Source of the DNA: Mobula hypostoma
Taxonomy: Eukaryota
Length of the DNA: 64,000 bases
NCBI RefSeq assembly: GCF_963921235.1
Contig: NC_086097.1
Span: forward strand, 165,604,001-165,668,000
Reading direction: 5' to 3'
A program made the translations under genes and the position numbers. This document shows, one piece after another, positions 36,918 through 48,600 of the stretch; the first letter of the stretch is position 1, and each line of letters opens with the position of its first letter. The notes beneath the pieces are model-generated. The model searched no databases. It saw only the letters and a list, made by a program, of their open reading frames with translations, and had not been told where the DNA came from.

Positions 36918-37754
36918 TATGATTGAAACGATTTTAATTGTTTTGGAGATTATATATGATAATTATATAGTCGCCCATCTTTGCCTATCTTAAGAAAATG
37001 AGGCCCCTCCTGGTGATAATACAGTGTTGTTGAGTAGAATAAACCAAAGAAGGCAATAGTAATACTTTAAGGATGACGTTTAGGGATACACAATAGAATA
37101 GGGGTGGAAGTCAAAATGGTTTCCTTAAGGGGAAATCTTGCGTGACAAATTTGTTGGAATTCTTTGAGGAAAAAAAAACATGTATGATAGAAAAGGACAG
37201 TCAGTCGATGCTGTTTACTTGGATTTTTATAGGGCCTGTGATAAGCTGCCACATATGAGGCTGCCAAACAACATTCAAGGGCATGGTATTACAGAAAAGA
37301 TACCAGAATGGATAGAAGACCGGCTGACTGGTAGGAAGTAAAGAATGGGAATAAAGGGCACCTTTTTTTAGTGGTGTTCCGCAAGGGTCAATGTTGGGTC
37401 AGCTACTTTTCATGTTGTATGTTAATAATCTGGATGATGGAATTGATGGCTTTGTTGTCAAATTTGCTGATGATACAAGGACAGGTGGAGGGGCAGGTAG
37501 TGTTGAGGAGGCAGAGGCTACGCAGAAGGACTTAGATTAGAAGAATGGGCAAAGATGGAGTAGCTGGAATACAGTGCCAGGAAGTGTGTGGTCATGCACT
37601 TTTTTAGAAGGAATAAATGCATAGACTATTTTCTAAATGGGGAGAAAATTCAAAAATCAGAGGTGCAAAGGGACTTAGAATCATTGTGCAGAATTCCCTA
37701 AAGGTTAACTTGCTGGTTGAGTCGGTGGTGAGAAAGGCAAATGGAATATTAGCA

Positions 37755-38736
37755 AACAACAGGAATTCTGCAGATGCTGGAAATTCAAGCAACATACATC
37801 AAAGTTGCTGGTGAACGCAGCAGGCCAGGCAGCATCTATAGGAAGAGGCGCAGTCGACGTTTCAGGCCGAGACCCTTCGTCAGGACTAACTGAAGGAAGA
37901 GTGAGTAAGGGATTTGAAAGGGGGAGGGGGAGATGCAAAATGATAGGAGAAGACAGGAGGGGGAGGGATGGAGCCGAGAGCTGGACAGGTGATAGGCAGA
38001 AGGGGATACGAGAGGATCATGGGACAGGAGGTCTGGGAAGAAAGACGGGGGGGGTGACCCAGAGGATGGGCAAGAGGTATATTCAGAGGGACAGAGGGAG
38101 AAAAAGGAGAGTGAGAGAAAGAATGTGTGCATAAAAAAGAGTAACAGATGGGGTACGAGGGGGAGGTGGGGCCTAGCGGAAGTTAGAGAAGTCAATGTTC
38201 ATGCCATCAGGTTGGAGGCTACCCATACGGAATATAAGGTGTTGTTCCTCCAACCTGAGTGTGGCTTCATCTTTACAGTAGAGGAGGCCGTGGATAGACA
38301 TGTCAGAATGGGAATGGGATGTGGAATTAAAATGTGTGGCCACTGGGAGATCCTGCTTTCTCTGGCGGACAGAGCGTAGATGTTCAGCAAAGCGGTCTCC
38401 CAGTCTGCGTCGGGTCTCACCAATATATAAAAGGCCACATCGGGAGCACCGGACGCAGTATATCACCCCAGTCGACTCACAGGTGAAGTGATGCCTCACC
38501 TGGAAGGACTGTTTGGGGCCCTGAATGGTGGTAAGGGAGGAAGTGTAAGGGCATGTGTAACACTTGTTCCGCTTACACGGATAAGTGCCAGGAGGGAGAT
38601 CAGTGGGGAGGGATGGGGGGGACGAATGGACAAGGGAGTTGTGTAGGGAGCGATCCCTGCGGAATGCAGAGAGAGGGGGGGAGGGAAAGATATGCTTAGT
38701 GGTGGGATCCCGTTGGAGGTGGCGGAAGTTACGGAG
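37755..38736 (-). mobile_element. Young 5'-truncated Penelope-like element (probably Neptune clade) with an open GIY-YIG endonuclease region
   Basis: ORF 38173..38757 has a Cys linker CKRNKCYTC and GVIYCVRCSRCGLLYIGETRRRLGDRFAEH..HF..E..LQPDGMN; 16-bp TSD AAATGGAATATTAGCA (37739-37754 / 38737-38752). Confidence 0.93.
37851..37888 (-). ncRNA. Minimal type I hammerhead ribozyme motif in PLE terminal repeat
   Basis: Minus strand reads UAGUC-CUGACGA-AGGGUCUCGGCCU-GAAA-C-GUC|GACUG. Confidence 0.7.
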
Positions 38737-39649
38737 AAATGGAATATTAGCATTCATTTTGAGAGAACTAGAATATAAAAAGCAAGGATGTACTGTAATG
38801 CTGAGGCTTTACAAGTCACTGTTCAGATCACATTTCAAATATTGTGAGCATTTTCAGGCTCCCTTTCTAAGAAAGGATGAGCTAGCATTGGAGAGGGTTG
38901 AGGGGAGGTTTATGAGGATGATTCCAGGAATGGAAAGGTTAACATATGAGGAGCATTTGATGGCTCTGGGCCTGTACTCGCTGTACTTTGGAAGAATGAG
39001 GGGAATCACAGAGAAACCTACCGAATATTGAAAGGCCTAGGTAGAGTGATCATGGAGAAGATGTACAGACTCAGAAAAGCTATCCCTTTAGAACAGAGAT
39101 GAGGAGGCATTTCTTTAGCCAGAGGGTGGTGAATCTGTGGAATTCATTGCCACAGAGAGCTGTGGATATATTTAAATCAGAGGTTGATAGATTCTTGATT
39201 AATAAGGGCATCAGAGGTTACGAGGAGAAGGTAGATAATGGGCTGAGAGGTAAAATAAATCAGCCATGATTGAATGATGGAGCACGCTTGGTGGGCTGAA
39301 TGACCTAATTGTTTCCCTATCTCTTACGGCTTTGTGATCTTATTTCTATATTGAAGCAGTGCATGGCTTCGGGAAGGGAACTTGCATGTATCTGCTTGGA
39401 CCTTTATGTCCTTTTTGTCAGTAATGTTAGATCCTGATGTTTTTGATCCAAGGTTGTTCGGAAGTCAAGAATGAGGTACAAAACTTGTTGCTTACTACAG
39501 TTTATTAAGCATAACAAGAATGAAATGAGGATGAAGGAAAAGATGGCGGGTAGCAAAAGAAAAAGAACCTAATGGTGGGGGGAAGAACAAAAGAGGGTGA
39601 CGGGGAGAGGGAATGCAATTCTAACCACTTTGCCTTTGTAATGGGGGGC

Positions 39650-40200
39650 TCTACCAGTCAAGGTTGATCATGGATATTGTGTCCTACCTGTTTAGATACA
39701 CAAGCCTGGGCAGTACAATATGGAGAGCAAGCTCCCCCTCTCCGCGCATCTGATGAACCCAAAGGAACAGCAGAGACTGACATAGTTTGGTATCAGCAGC
39801 ATCACAGGGGTTGCCAGTCAACATTAGACTCAATGTAGGTCTGCCTTAGGGACTCCAGCACTGAGTTTTTCCTTGGGTTTACTCCCAAGGCTTTCCCCAT
39901 GAGTGGGTATAGCTGCAAGGCAGTGGAAGTTTGAGATCAGAGTTTTCCTTCTCCTAGATGAGCTTCCAACCGGCTAACGAGCCCCACCTGCCCAAAGTGA
40001 CTGGTTTTAAGGCACCAGTAACCTGCCATTGCCTCTTCTCCTGTCAGTAGAAACAGTTCTGCCGGGCTTAGTGGCTAAGCTACACATGAAGACCGGGAAC
40101 TGGACTTAGTTGTCAGAGGCTATTTGAGGCACATGTCATTGGGAGCATTTAATCGGCAATGGGAGCTTGACTCCATTACCACCCCTGGCAGGTACAACTG
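39650..40200 (-). mobile_element. Non-coding interspersed repeat, probably an RTE-related non-autonomous element
   Basis: Motif ttttccttctcctagatgagc..ggctaacgagccc resembles RTE 5' UTRs; no ORF. Confidence 0.4.
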
Positions 40201-40657
40201 TAAGGAACTGCATTTGGAATATCCTGCAAGGAAGCTACAATATTTACTGTGGAAGGTAGGAAAATAAAACAATATCCAACAAACTTTATCTCTTACTGTA
40301 AAATGTGCAAAGTTGACAATAACTTTGTGATATGGGAAATTAATGAGGCCATACCTGGAGTATTGTGTACAGTTTTGGTTATCATCTTAGAGGAAAGACA
40401 TCATTATGCTGGAAAGAGTGCAAAGAAGATCTACAATATGCTGCCAGGGCTTGAGGGCCTGAGCTATAGAGAGAGGCTGAGCAGTCAAGGACTTCATCAT
40501 TTGGAGCAAAGGAGACTGAGACGATCTTGTAGAGCTGTGTAAAATCATGAGGGACATATACAGGATGAATGCACACAGTCTTTTTCCCAGTGAAAGAGAA
40601 TCAAAAACTAGAGGATATAGGTTTAAGACAAGAAGGCAAATATTTAAAAGGGACCTT

Positions 40658-43530
40658 AGTCATAGAAAAGTACAGCACAGAAACTTTGGCCCATCCAGTC
40701 TATGCAGAAATCATTTAAATTGCTTACTCCCATTGACCTGCAATGGGACCAGAGCCCTTCATACCCCTACCATCTGTGTACCTATCCAAACTTCTCTTCA
40801 ATTCTGAAATCGAGCTTGTATGCACCACTTGCTCTGGTAGCTCATTCCACACTCTCATGACCTTCTGCATGAAGAAATTTCCCCTCATGTTCCCTTTAAA
40901 CTTTTCACCTTTCACCCTTAAAACCATGACCTCTAGTTGTAGTTCCTCCCAACCTCAGTGGAAAAAAAACAGCTTGCATTTACCCTATCCATGCCCCTCA
41001 TAATTTTGTATACCTCTATCAAATCTCCTCTCAATCTTCTATGTTGCAAGGAATAAAATCCTAACCCAGTCAATCTTTCCTTAAGACTCAGGTCCCAGCA
41101 ATTTCTGCACTTGCCTCCTCCCAGATCCGAGGGAACGCATTGTCAGGCCCTGGGGATTTATCCACCCTGATTTGCCTCAAAACAGCGAACACCCTCCTCT
41201 GTAATCTGCAGAGAGTCCATGAAGTTGATGTCATTTTGCCTTACTTTTATAGACTCTGTGTCCGTCTCCTATGTAAACACAGATGCAAAAAAATGCATTT
41301 ATCATCTCTCCCATCTCCTTTGGCTCCACGCATGGATTACAGTTCTGATCATCCAGAGGACCAATTTTGACCCTTGTGATCCTTTTGCTCTTAGCATAGC
41401 TGCAGAATCCCTTGGGATTCTCCTTCACCTTGTCTGCTAGGACAACCTCATGCCTTCCTTTAGCCCTCCTGATTTCTTTCTTAAATGTTCTCTCGCATTT
41501 CTTATACTCCATAAGTACCTAATTTGTTCTTAACTGCCTATATCTGCAATGCACCTCCTTTTTTTCCCAACCAGGGTCTCAATATCACTTGAAAACCAAG
41601 GTTCCCTACACCTGTTATCTGCACCTTTTATTTGACAGACACATACAAGCTTTGTAATCTCAAAACTTCACTTTGGAAGGCCTCCCATTTACCAAGTACA
41701 CCTTTGCCGGAGAACAGCCTGTCCCAATCCACACTTGCCAGATCCTTTCTGATACCATCAAAATTGGCCTTTCTCCAACTTAGAATCTCAGCATGCAAGC
41801 TAGGCTTATCTTTTTGCGTACTTACTTTGAAACTAATGACATTGTAATCACTAGATGGAAAGTGTTCCCCTACACAAACTTCTGTCACCTGTCTGTCTCA
41901 TTTCCGAATAGCAGATCCAGTATAGCACATGCTTTCATGGAGGACTTCCACGTACTGATTTAGGAAACTTTTCTGAGCACAGTTGACAAACTCTATCCAT
42001 TCTAGTTGTTTTACAGTACAGGAGTTCCAGTCAATCTGTGGAAAGTTAAAATCACCTACTATAACAACCTTATTTTTCTTGATGCATTCTGCAATCTCTC
42101 TACAAATTTGTTCCTCTAAATCCCTGGAACTGCTGGGTGCTCTGTAATATAGCCCCATCAACATGGTCATACCTTTCTTATTACTCAGTTCCACCCATAA
42201 TGCCTCACTAGGTTATTTCTCCTGCCTGTCCAGACTGAGCACAAGACAGTTTCCTTGACTAGTAACGCCGCCCCTCCTCTCTCCTGTTCTGTCCTATCTA
42301 AAACAACAAACCCTGGCATACTGAGTACCAGTACTGCCTGTCCTGCAACCAAATCTCGCTAATGGCTACAATATCTTAATATCATGTGTTGAGCCATGCC
42401 CTGAGCTCATCCGCCTTTCCTACAATACTTCTTGCATTAAAATATAGGCAGGACAGGCTATTAGTTGCACCATGCTCAATCTTTTGATTCCTGACTTAAA
42501 GGTCTTAACAACATTTGTCTCCACAACCTCTCCAACATCTGTTTTGGAATTCTGGTTCCCATCTGCATTCCAAGAACTCTAGAACCACCAACTACATCAG
42601 GAATTCTGCGAACTATTTACAGGATGTGTTTATAGGACCTTGGTCAGACCACACTTGGAGTACCGTGCTCAGTTCTAGTTGCCTCACTACAGGAAGGATG
42701 TGGAAGCCATAGAAAGGGTGCAGAGGAGATTTACAAGGATGTTGCCTGGATTGAGGAGCATACCTTATGAGAATAGGTTGAGTGAACGCGGCCTTTTCTC
42801 CTTGGAGCGACGGAGGATGAGAGGTGACCTGACAGAGGTGTATAAGATGATGAGAGGCATTGATCATGTGGATAGTCAGAGGCTTTTTCCCAGGGCTGAA
42901 ATGGTTGCCATAAGAGGACACAGGTTTAAGGTGCTGGGGAGTAGGTACAGAGGAGATGTCAGGGGTAAGTTTTTTACTGTGAGAGTGGTGAGTGCGTGGA
43001 ATGGGCTGCCGGCAAAGGTGGTGGAGGCAGATACAATAGGGTCTTTCAAGAGTCTATTGAATAGGTACATGGAGCTTAGAAAAATAGAGGGCTATGGGTA
43101 AGTCTAGTAATTCTAGGGTAGGGACATGTTCAGCACAACTCTGTGGGCCGAAGGGCCTGTATTGTGCTGTAGGTTTTCTATGTTTCTATAACTCTAGTTT
43201 AAACCCGCCCCTCCCCCCCCCCCCCGCATCGTGAAGCACAACACTAGCAAACCTTCCGACTAACATACCACATTTCTGTACAGGTCCCACCTTCTCTGAA
43301 AGAGAGCCTAATGATCCAAAAATCTGACGTCTTCCCTCCTCAGCAACGTGTTAAGCTGTATAACCTTCATGTTTCTGGCCTCACTAGCATGTGTCATGGG
43401 TAGCAATCCTGAGACCATAACCCTGGATGTCCTGTCCTTTAACTTAGCATTTAACTCCCTGAACTTATTTTGCAGAACCTCATCTCTTGTCCTACCTATG
43501 TTATTAGTACCTACATGAACCATGACCTCT
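40658..43530 (-). mobile_element. Deleted CR1 LINE with ORF1 SGNH-esterase remnant, EN remnant and 3' end, nested in a + strand CR1 fragment (40345-40655 / 43530-43760)
   Basis: ORF1 VMVHVGTNNIG..VMVSGLLP..FLDH (43308-43619); EN GLYYRAPS..VGDFNFP (41898-42194). Confidence 0.85.
42583..43189 (+). mobile_element. Young CR1 3' fragment inserted into the previous CR1
   Basis: Open 140-aa C-terminal ORF (PHYRKDVEAIERVQRRFTRM); ttctatg tail; TSD AACTCTAG (42575-42582 / 43190-43197). Confidence 0.88.
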
Positions 43531-43837
43531 GAATGAGGGGCAACTTCATTATGCAGAGGGTGATACACATACAAACATGCTGTCAGAGGAAATGGTTGAG
43601 CAAAGTATAAGAACATCATTTAAATATAGTTGGAGAGGCACATGGATAGGAAAGTTTTAGGGTGATATGGACCAGACCTGGGCAATCGAATTTAGTTTAG
43701 TTGGGCATCTTGGTCAGCATAGACATGTTGAGCCAAAGAGCCTGTTTCTAATCTGTATTATGACAACAAGAAAAATATTTCTTCAGCTTGAGTTCAAACT
43801 TGTGCTTGAAAAAAAATTCTTGAATTGGCACAAAGTA

Positions 43838-44337
43838 TGAGAGGTGATTGATAAGTTTGTGGCCTAAGGTAGAAGGAGTCAATTTTAGAAAACCTAACTC
43901 ATTTATTTTTCAACATAGTCCCCTCCTACATTTACACACTTAGTCCAGCGGTCGTGGAGCATACGGATCTTGGACCTCCAGAAAGTGTCCACGGCAGGGG
44001 TGATTGATAAGTTTGTGGCCTAATGTAGAAGGAGATGAGTTATACAACTCTCGTTAGATGCACGTGCAGTTCAACTCTTTGAGTGATTATGCAGAAAGTT
44101 TGAAGTTAATAACTCATCTCTGTCTACATTAGGCCACAAAATTATCAATCACCCCTGCTGTGGACTACTTCTGGAGGTCCAAGACGCTGATTTCTACAAA
44201 GAAGGGATCCGTATGTTCCACGACCACTGGACTAAGTGTGTAAATGTAGGAGGGGACTATGTTGAAAAATCAATGTGCTAGGTTTTCTAAAACTGACTCT
44301 TTCTACCTTAGGCCACAAGTTTATCAATCACCCCTCG
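43838..44337. mobile_element. 500-bp mariner-derived palindromic MITE
   Basis: TA on both flanks; TIR gag(a/g)ggtgattgataagtttgtggcctaaggtag; both arms carry the mariner transposase C-terminus (W TKCVNVGGDYVEK). Confidence 0.9.
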
Positions 44338-44602
44338 TAATTCCACCCTTCTTATAACAATCATGAATAAGCTAAATACCTTGCTTCTGTGCTTTAACAA
44401 CTTTGATAAAATGCAGAATACCTGCTGCTTGGTTTCTGACATTACAACAGTGTCTATACTTCAACTTGTACTCTGAAAGGCAGTGAATAAATACAAGAAT
44501 GTTCTTTTCTTTTAACAAAAGAAAACTCATAAAAGCATTAGCAACGCACATCAAAGTTGCTGGTGAATGCAGCAGACCAGGCAGCATCTGTAGGAAGAGG
44601 TG

Positions 44603-44640
44603 CAGTCGACGTTTCAGGCCGAGACCCTTCGTCAGGACTA
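44603..44640 (-). ncRNA. Minimal type I hammerhead ribozyme motif
   Basis: Core CUGACGA...GAAA-C-GUC with stem I UAGUC/GACUG. Confidence 0.7.
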
Positions 44641-45627
44641 ACTGAAGGAAGAGTGAGTAAGGGATTTGAAAGTTGGAGGGGGAGGGGGAGATCCAAAATG
44701 ATAGGAGAAGACAGGAGGGGGAGGGATAGAGCCAAGAGCTGGACAGGTGATAGGCAAAAGGGGATACGAGAGGATCATGGGACAGGAGGTCCGGGAAGAA
44801 AGACAAGGGGGGGAGGACCCAGAGGATGGGCAAGAGGTATATTCAGAGGGACAGAGGGAGAAAAAGGAGAGTGAGAGAAAGAATGTGTGCATAAAAATAA
44901 GCAACAGATGGGATACGAGGGGGAGGTGGGGCCTTAGCGGAAGTTAGAGAAGTCGATGTTCATGCCATCAGGTTGGAGGCTACCCAGACGGAATATAAGG
45001 TGTTGTTCCTCCAACCTGAGTGTGGCTTCATCTTTACAGTAGAGGAGGCCGTGGATAGACATGTCAGAATGGGAATGGGATGTGGAATTAAAATGTGTGG
45101 CCACTGGGAGATCCTGCTTTCTCTGGCGGACAGAGCGTAGATGTTCAGCAAAGCGGTCTCCCAGTCTGCGTCGGGTTTCGCCAATATATAAAAGGCCACA
45201 TCGGGAGCACCGGACGCAGTATATCACCCCAGTCAACTCACAGGTGAAGTGTCGCCTCACCTGGAAGGACTGTTTGGGGCCCTGAATGGGTAGCCTCCAA
45301 CCTGATGGCATGAACATCGACTTCTCTAACTTCCGCTAAGGCCCCACCTCCCCCTCGTACCCCATCTGTTGCTTATTTTTATGCACACATTCTTTCTCTC
45401 ACTCTCCTTTTTCTCCCTCTGTCCCTCTGAATATACCTCTTGCCCATCCTCTGGGTCCCCCCCGCCCTTGTCTTTCTTCCCGGACCTCCTGTCCCATGAT
45501 CCTCTCGTATCCCCTTTTGCCTATCACCTGTCCAGTTCATGGCTCTATCCCGCGCCCTCCTGTCTTTTCCTATCATTTTGGATCTCCCCCTCCCCCTCTC
45601 AAATCCCTTACTCACTCTTCCTTCAGT

Positions 45628-45665
45628 TAGTCCTGATGAAGGGTCTCGGCCTGAAACGTCGACTG
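45628..45665 (+). ncRNA. Minimal type I hammerhead ribozyme motif
   Basis: TAGTC-CTGATGA(45633-45639)-AGGGTCTCGGCCT-GAAA(45653-45656)-C-GTC|GACTG; predicted cleavage after C45660. Confidence 0.72.
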
Positions 45666-48600
45666 CGCCTCTTCCTAGAGATGCTGCCTGGCCTGCTGCG
45701 TTCACCAGCAACTTTGATGTGTGTTGCTTGAATTTCCAGCATCTGCAGAATTCCTGTTGTTTGTTTTTCATAAAAGCATTAAATTGTCATTTTCAGTTTT
45801 AGCAGTTATAGAAATAACAGTGCCTCAAAATTTGAATTAAGTCCCATGTTTGTAGGAAATTCAGGAGTTAAATAGAAACATTAGTTGGAATGCTACCTTG
45901 ACCATACTTTTTTTCCACCCTGCAACCTGCTTGGACTCCATTCCACTATCACAGTTCCTTTGCTTTCCATCACATTTGCTGCAATGATAAGATATTGGCC
46001 CAGGTGCCTCTTCCTTGCCACATAATGGACAAAGCCCTTGGCCATACCTCATCTATTTTGTACACCTCTGTTTTCACCACCTCTCCTCTTGAGCGGAATT
46101 CCCCTAATCCTTGTCTTTTATCCTACTTCCAGCAGATCATCCTTCACAATTTTCAACAGTTCCAATAAGATTCTATATTTCTGTAGATCAGATCTATACT
46201 TCCCTTTCGGCTTTTCAATGAATCTATTGTATTGATGACTCCCTGTTCCGTTTCCAGCAACCATTCCCCATCAAATGAACCTTTCTTATTCAAAACCTCC
46301 TCTTTCACCTTCTACTTTCTCACAAGCTACAGACCCAAACGGTCTTTTCACCTCTGAACTAATTATCACCATCCCCACCAACTAGGCTATGCTCTCTCCT
46401 TGTTACTACCATTGGGCAGGAGGTACAAAACCCTTAGGTCCTATACCACCAGCTTCAGGAACAGTTATTAGCCTACAACCATCAGGCTCACGATCGAGTG
46501 TGGATAACTTCACTCACTTCAACACTGACCTGAATCCACAAGGTGCAGACTGACCTTGAGGCATTCAGCAACTCATATTCTCAGTGTTATTTACTTCTTT
46601 AAATTATTTGCACAATTTGTTTTCTTTTGCATATTGGTTGTTTGTCAGTCTTTGTTATTTACAGTTTTTCATAAATTCTATTGTTTTTTTTAATTTTCCT
46701 GTAAATGCTGCAAGAAAATGACATATCTGTGTTTTGAAAATAAATTAATTTTGACTTTGAAGTGTGTACTGCATTCAGTGTTCACATTTTCTATTTCAAA
46801 GGTGACTCCACCTCAGTCAAGAAGATTTTGGAAGAAATGCTGATCAGGTGGGTAGGAAAGTGGTCAGTGTAGTTCAGAGGTGTTTAAGGTAAAACATTTA
46901 CAAGGGGCAAACTACATGGGGATTCTGCAGGAAAGAAGGAGAAAATTACTTATGTGTACGTAGAGATATAGCAAGTCGAGTATATGCTTGTGACGTTACT
47001 GCAGGTCAGTTTTTCATTGTACCTGTGCATTTACAGTAAGTATTTGTGCATAAAGCAGTAAACCCAACTTGAGAAAGCAGAGAAACAAAACAAAAATACT
47101 GAGCAGGAGCAGGCCTTCTGGCCCATTAATTCTGCATCACCATTCAAATGATCATAACTGATCTGGATACAGGGATCCAAAGTACCTGTGTTTTTGCTCT
47201 ATGGCATTATATCTAGCTTGAACTTGTCATAACCTGCAGTACAATAAAAAGGACGATGGTAACGTGAGCAGGTGCTTTTGTTTCTATTTTGTCCTTACAT
47301 CTTTTCTTTTTTCTCATGAATATTTATACCAAAACATTAACCCATTTTGCTTTAGCAGATAATATTTTGACATTATTTTTCTTGGCATAATTATTTTCAA
47401 TCTTGGTTCAGGGTCCTTGTGCAAGAAACAAAGAAAGTTAGCATGCAGGTATAAAAAAGGCAAATGGAACATTGTCCTTTATTGCAGACACGGCAGAGAG
47501 GATGGAATGTAGAAGTCTCTTAGTCAGTCCCTCTCTCTCTCTCACTCTCACTCTCACTCTCTCACCCCAAGATTGTGAATGTGCAGTAGGTCTATACAAG
47601 TCACACAACATTGTGGGCTGAATGGCCTGTACTGTCTGTATTCAATACAATGCAATATATGGACTCAGTGAGGAAGTGCAGTTGCAGAAGTTCAGCCTTA
47701 TTCTAATGAATAGCAGAGTAGACTTGAAGCTCTGTATCTACTGTTTTCCGAGGCAGCCACATTTTTAGCTTCACATGCATTGCAAGCTTCCTTGGTACTA
47801 AACCCCATCTAGTGGTCCAACACTAGAAGCATAACTGCAATCATAAATGGCTTGCAGTGAGAAGCTTTGCCAAGTATGAGAAAATCTGGCGTAGTTCTTC
47901 TTCAGATGGAGATGCATAATACATTAAATATAATGTTTCAAAATTCTAATCTTTCTAAGAGTTAAACAGACAAGTAACCCTTTTGGCTGGACACAGGAAG
48001 TGCTAAGTGTGTGTAATGTTTCTGATTTAATCAGTTACGCATGGGCTTTCAAATGATTTGAACTGTCTGGGCACCTTTCCAGTTCTGAATGAGTCCTTTG
48101 CAGCAGCACAGGTGTAGGGATGTTTGTACTTGACCCGAGGAAAATTTTCAGCATCTTCTCTTTACATGCTAACTATTGATACAACCTGATGTCATCTACA
48201 TTGAATTCTCCAATCTCCGATAATGTGTCCCCCTCTGTACCTTTGCCCTCTCCTCCTGATCTACCCAGTTCCTCCTACAACCATCATGGCCTCCCCACAT
48301 CACCCTGTTCCTTTTTCCTCCTCCATCTGCCCACAGTCCACACATTCCTCCCACTGGATCCCTTTACCTGACTCTTCTCGTCTATCCTCCCCACCTGCCT
48401 GACTTGATTCTATGCTCTGCCTTCTTTTCCGATAAGATTAAATACCTGAAGCCCTTTTTTGTCTCCACCCATCACCTCCCAGCTTCTGCCGCTATTTCCA
48501 CTCTTCCCACCTCCATCTCCCTATTGCTCCGCCTCACCTGCCCCTCCCTTTCCCCTCACATCTTTACGCTAACTATCTCTCCTCTGTTGATGCAGGGTAT

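Larger units (their letters stand above)
37050..39340 (+). mobile_element. Degraded CR1 LINE interrupted by a PLE
   Basis: RT motifs (GKSCVTNLLEFFE, GVPQGS, KFADDT). The sequence resumes after the PLE TSD. Confidence 0.85.
44541..45767. mobile_element. Inverted (fold-back) Penelope-like element: a minus-strand arm with GIY-YIG sequence and a plus-strand tailed arm
   Basis: Arms 44541-45289 (-) and 45287-45763 (+); 14-bp TSD TCATAAAAGCATTA (44527-44540 / 45768-45781). Confidence 0.93.

Noticed and set aside
38173..38757. 194-aa ORF as a host gene
   Set aside because: It is a 5'-truncated PLE C-terminus whose start codon comes from the TSD/flanking CR1.
39540..39553. aagatggcgggtag, a 14-bp inverted match to PPP4R1 exon 1 (possible divergent first exon)
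   Set aside because: There is no CpG island and no downstream exons were found. It is likely a chance or repeat-borne YY1-like motif.
44934..45317. 127-aa GIY-YIG ORF with its own ATG, as a standalone nuclease gene
   Set aside because: The first ~10 codons come from the antisense of the inverted arm across the 45287-45289 junction. It is a by-product of the fold-back structure.
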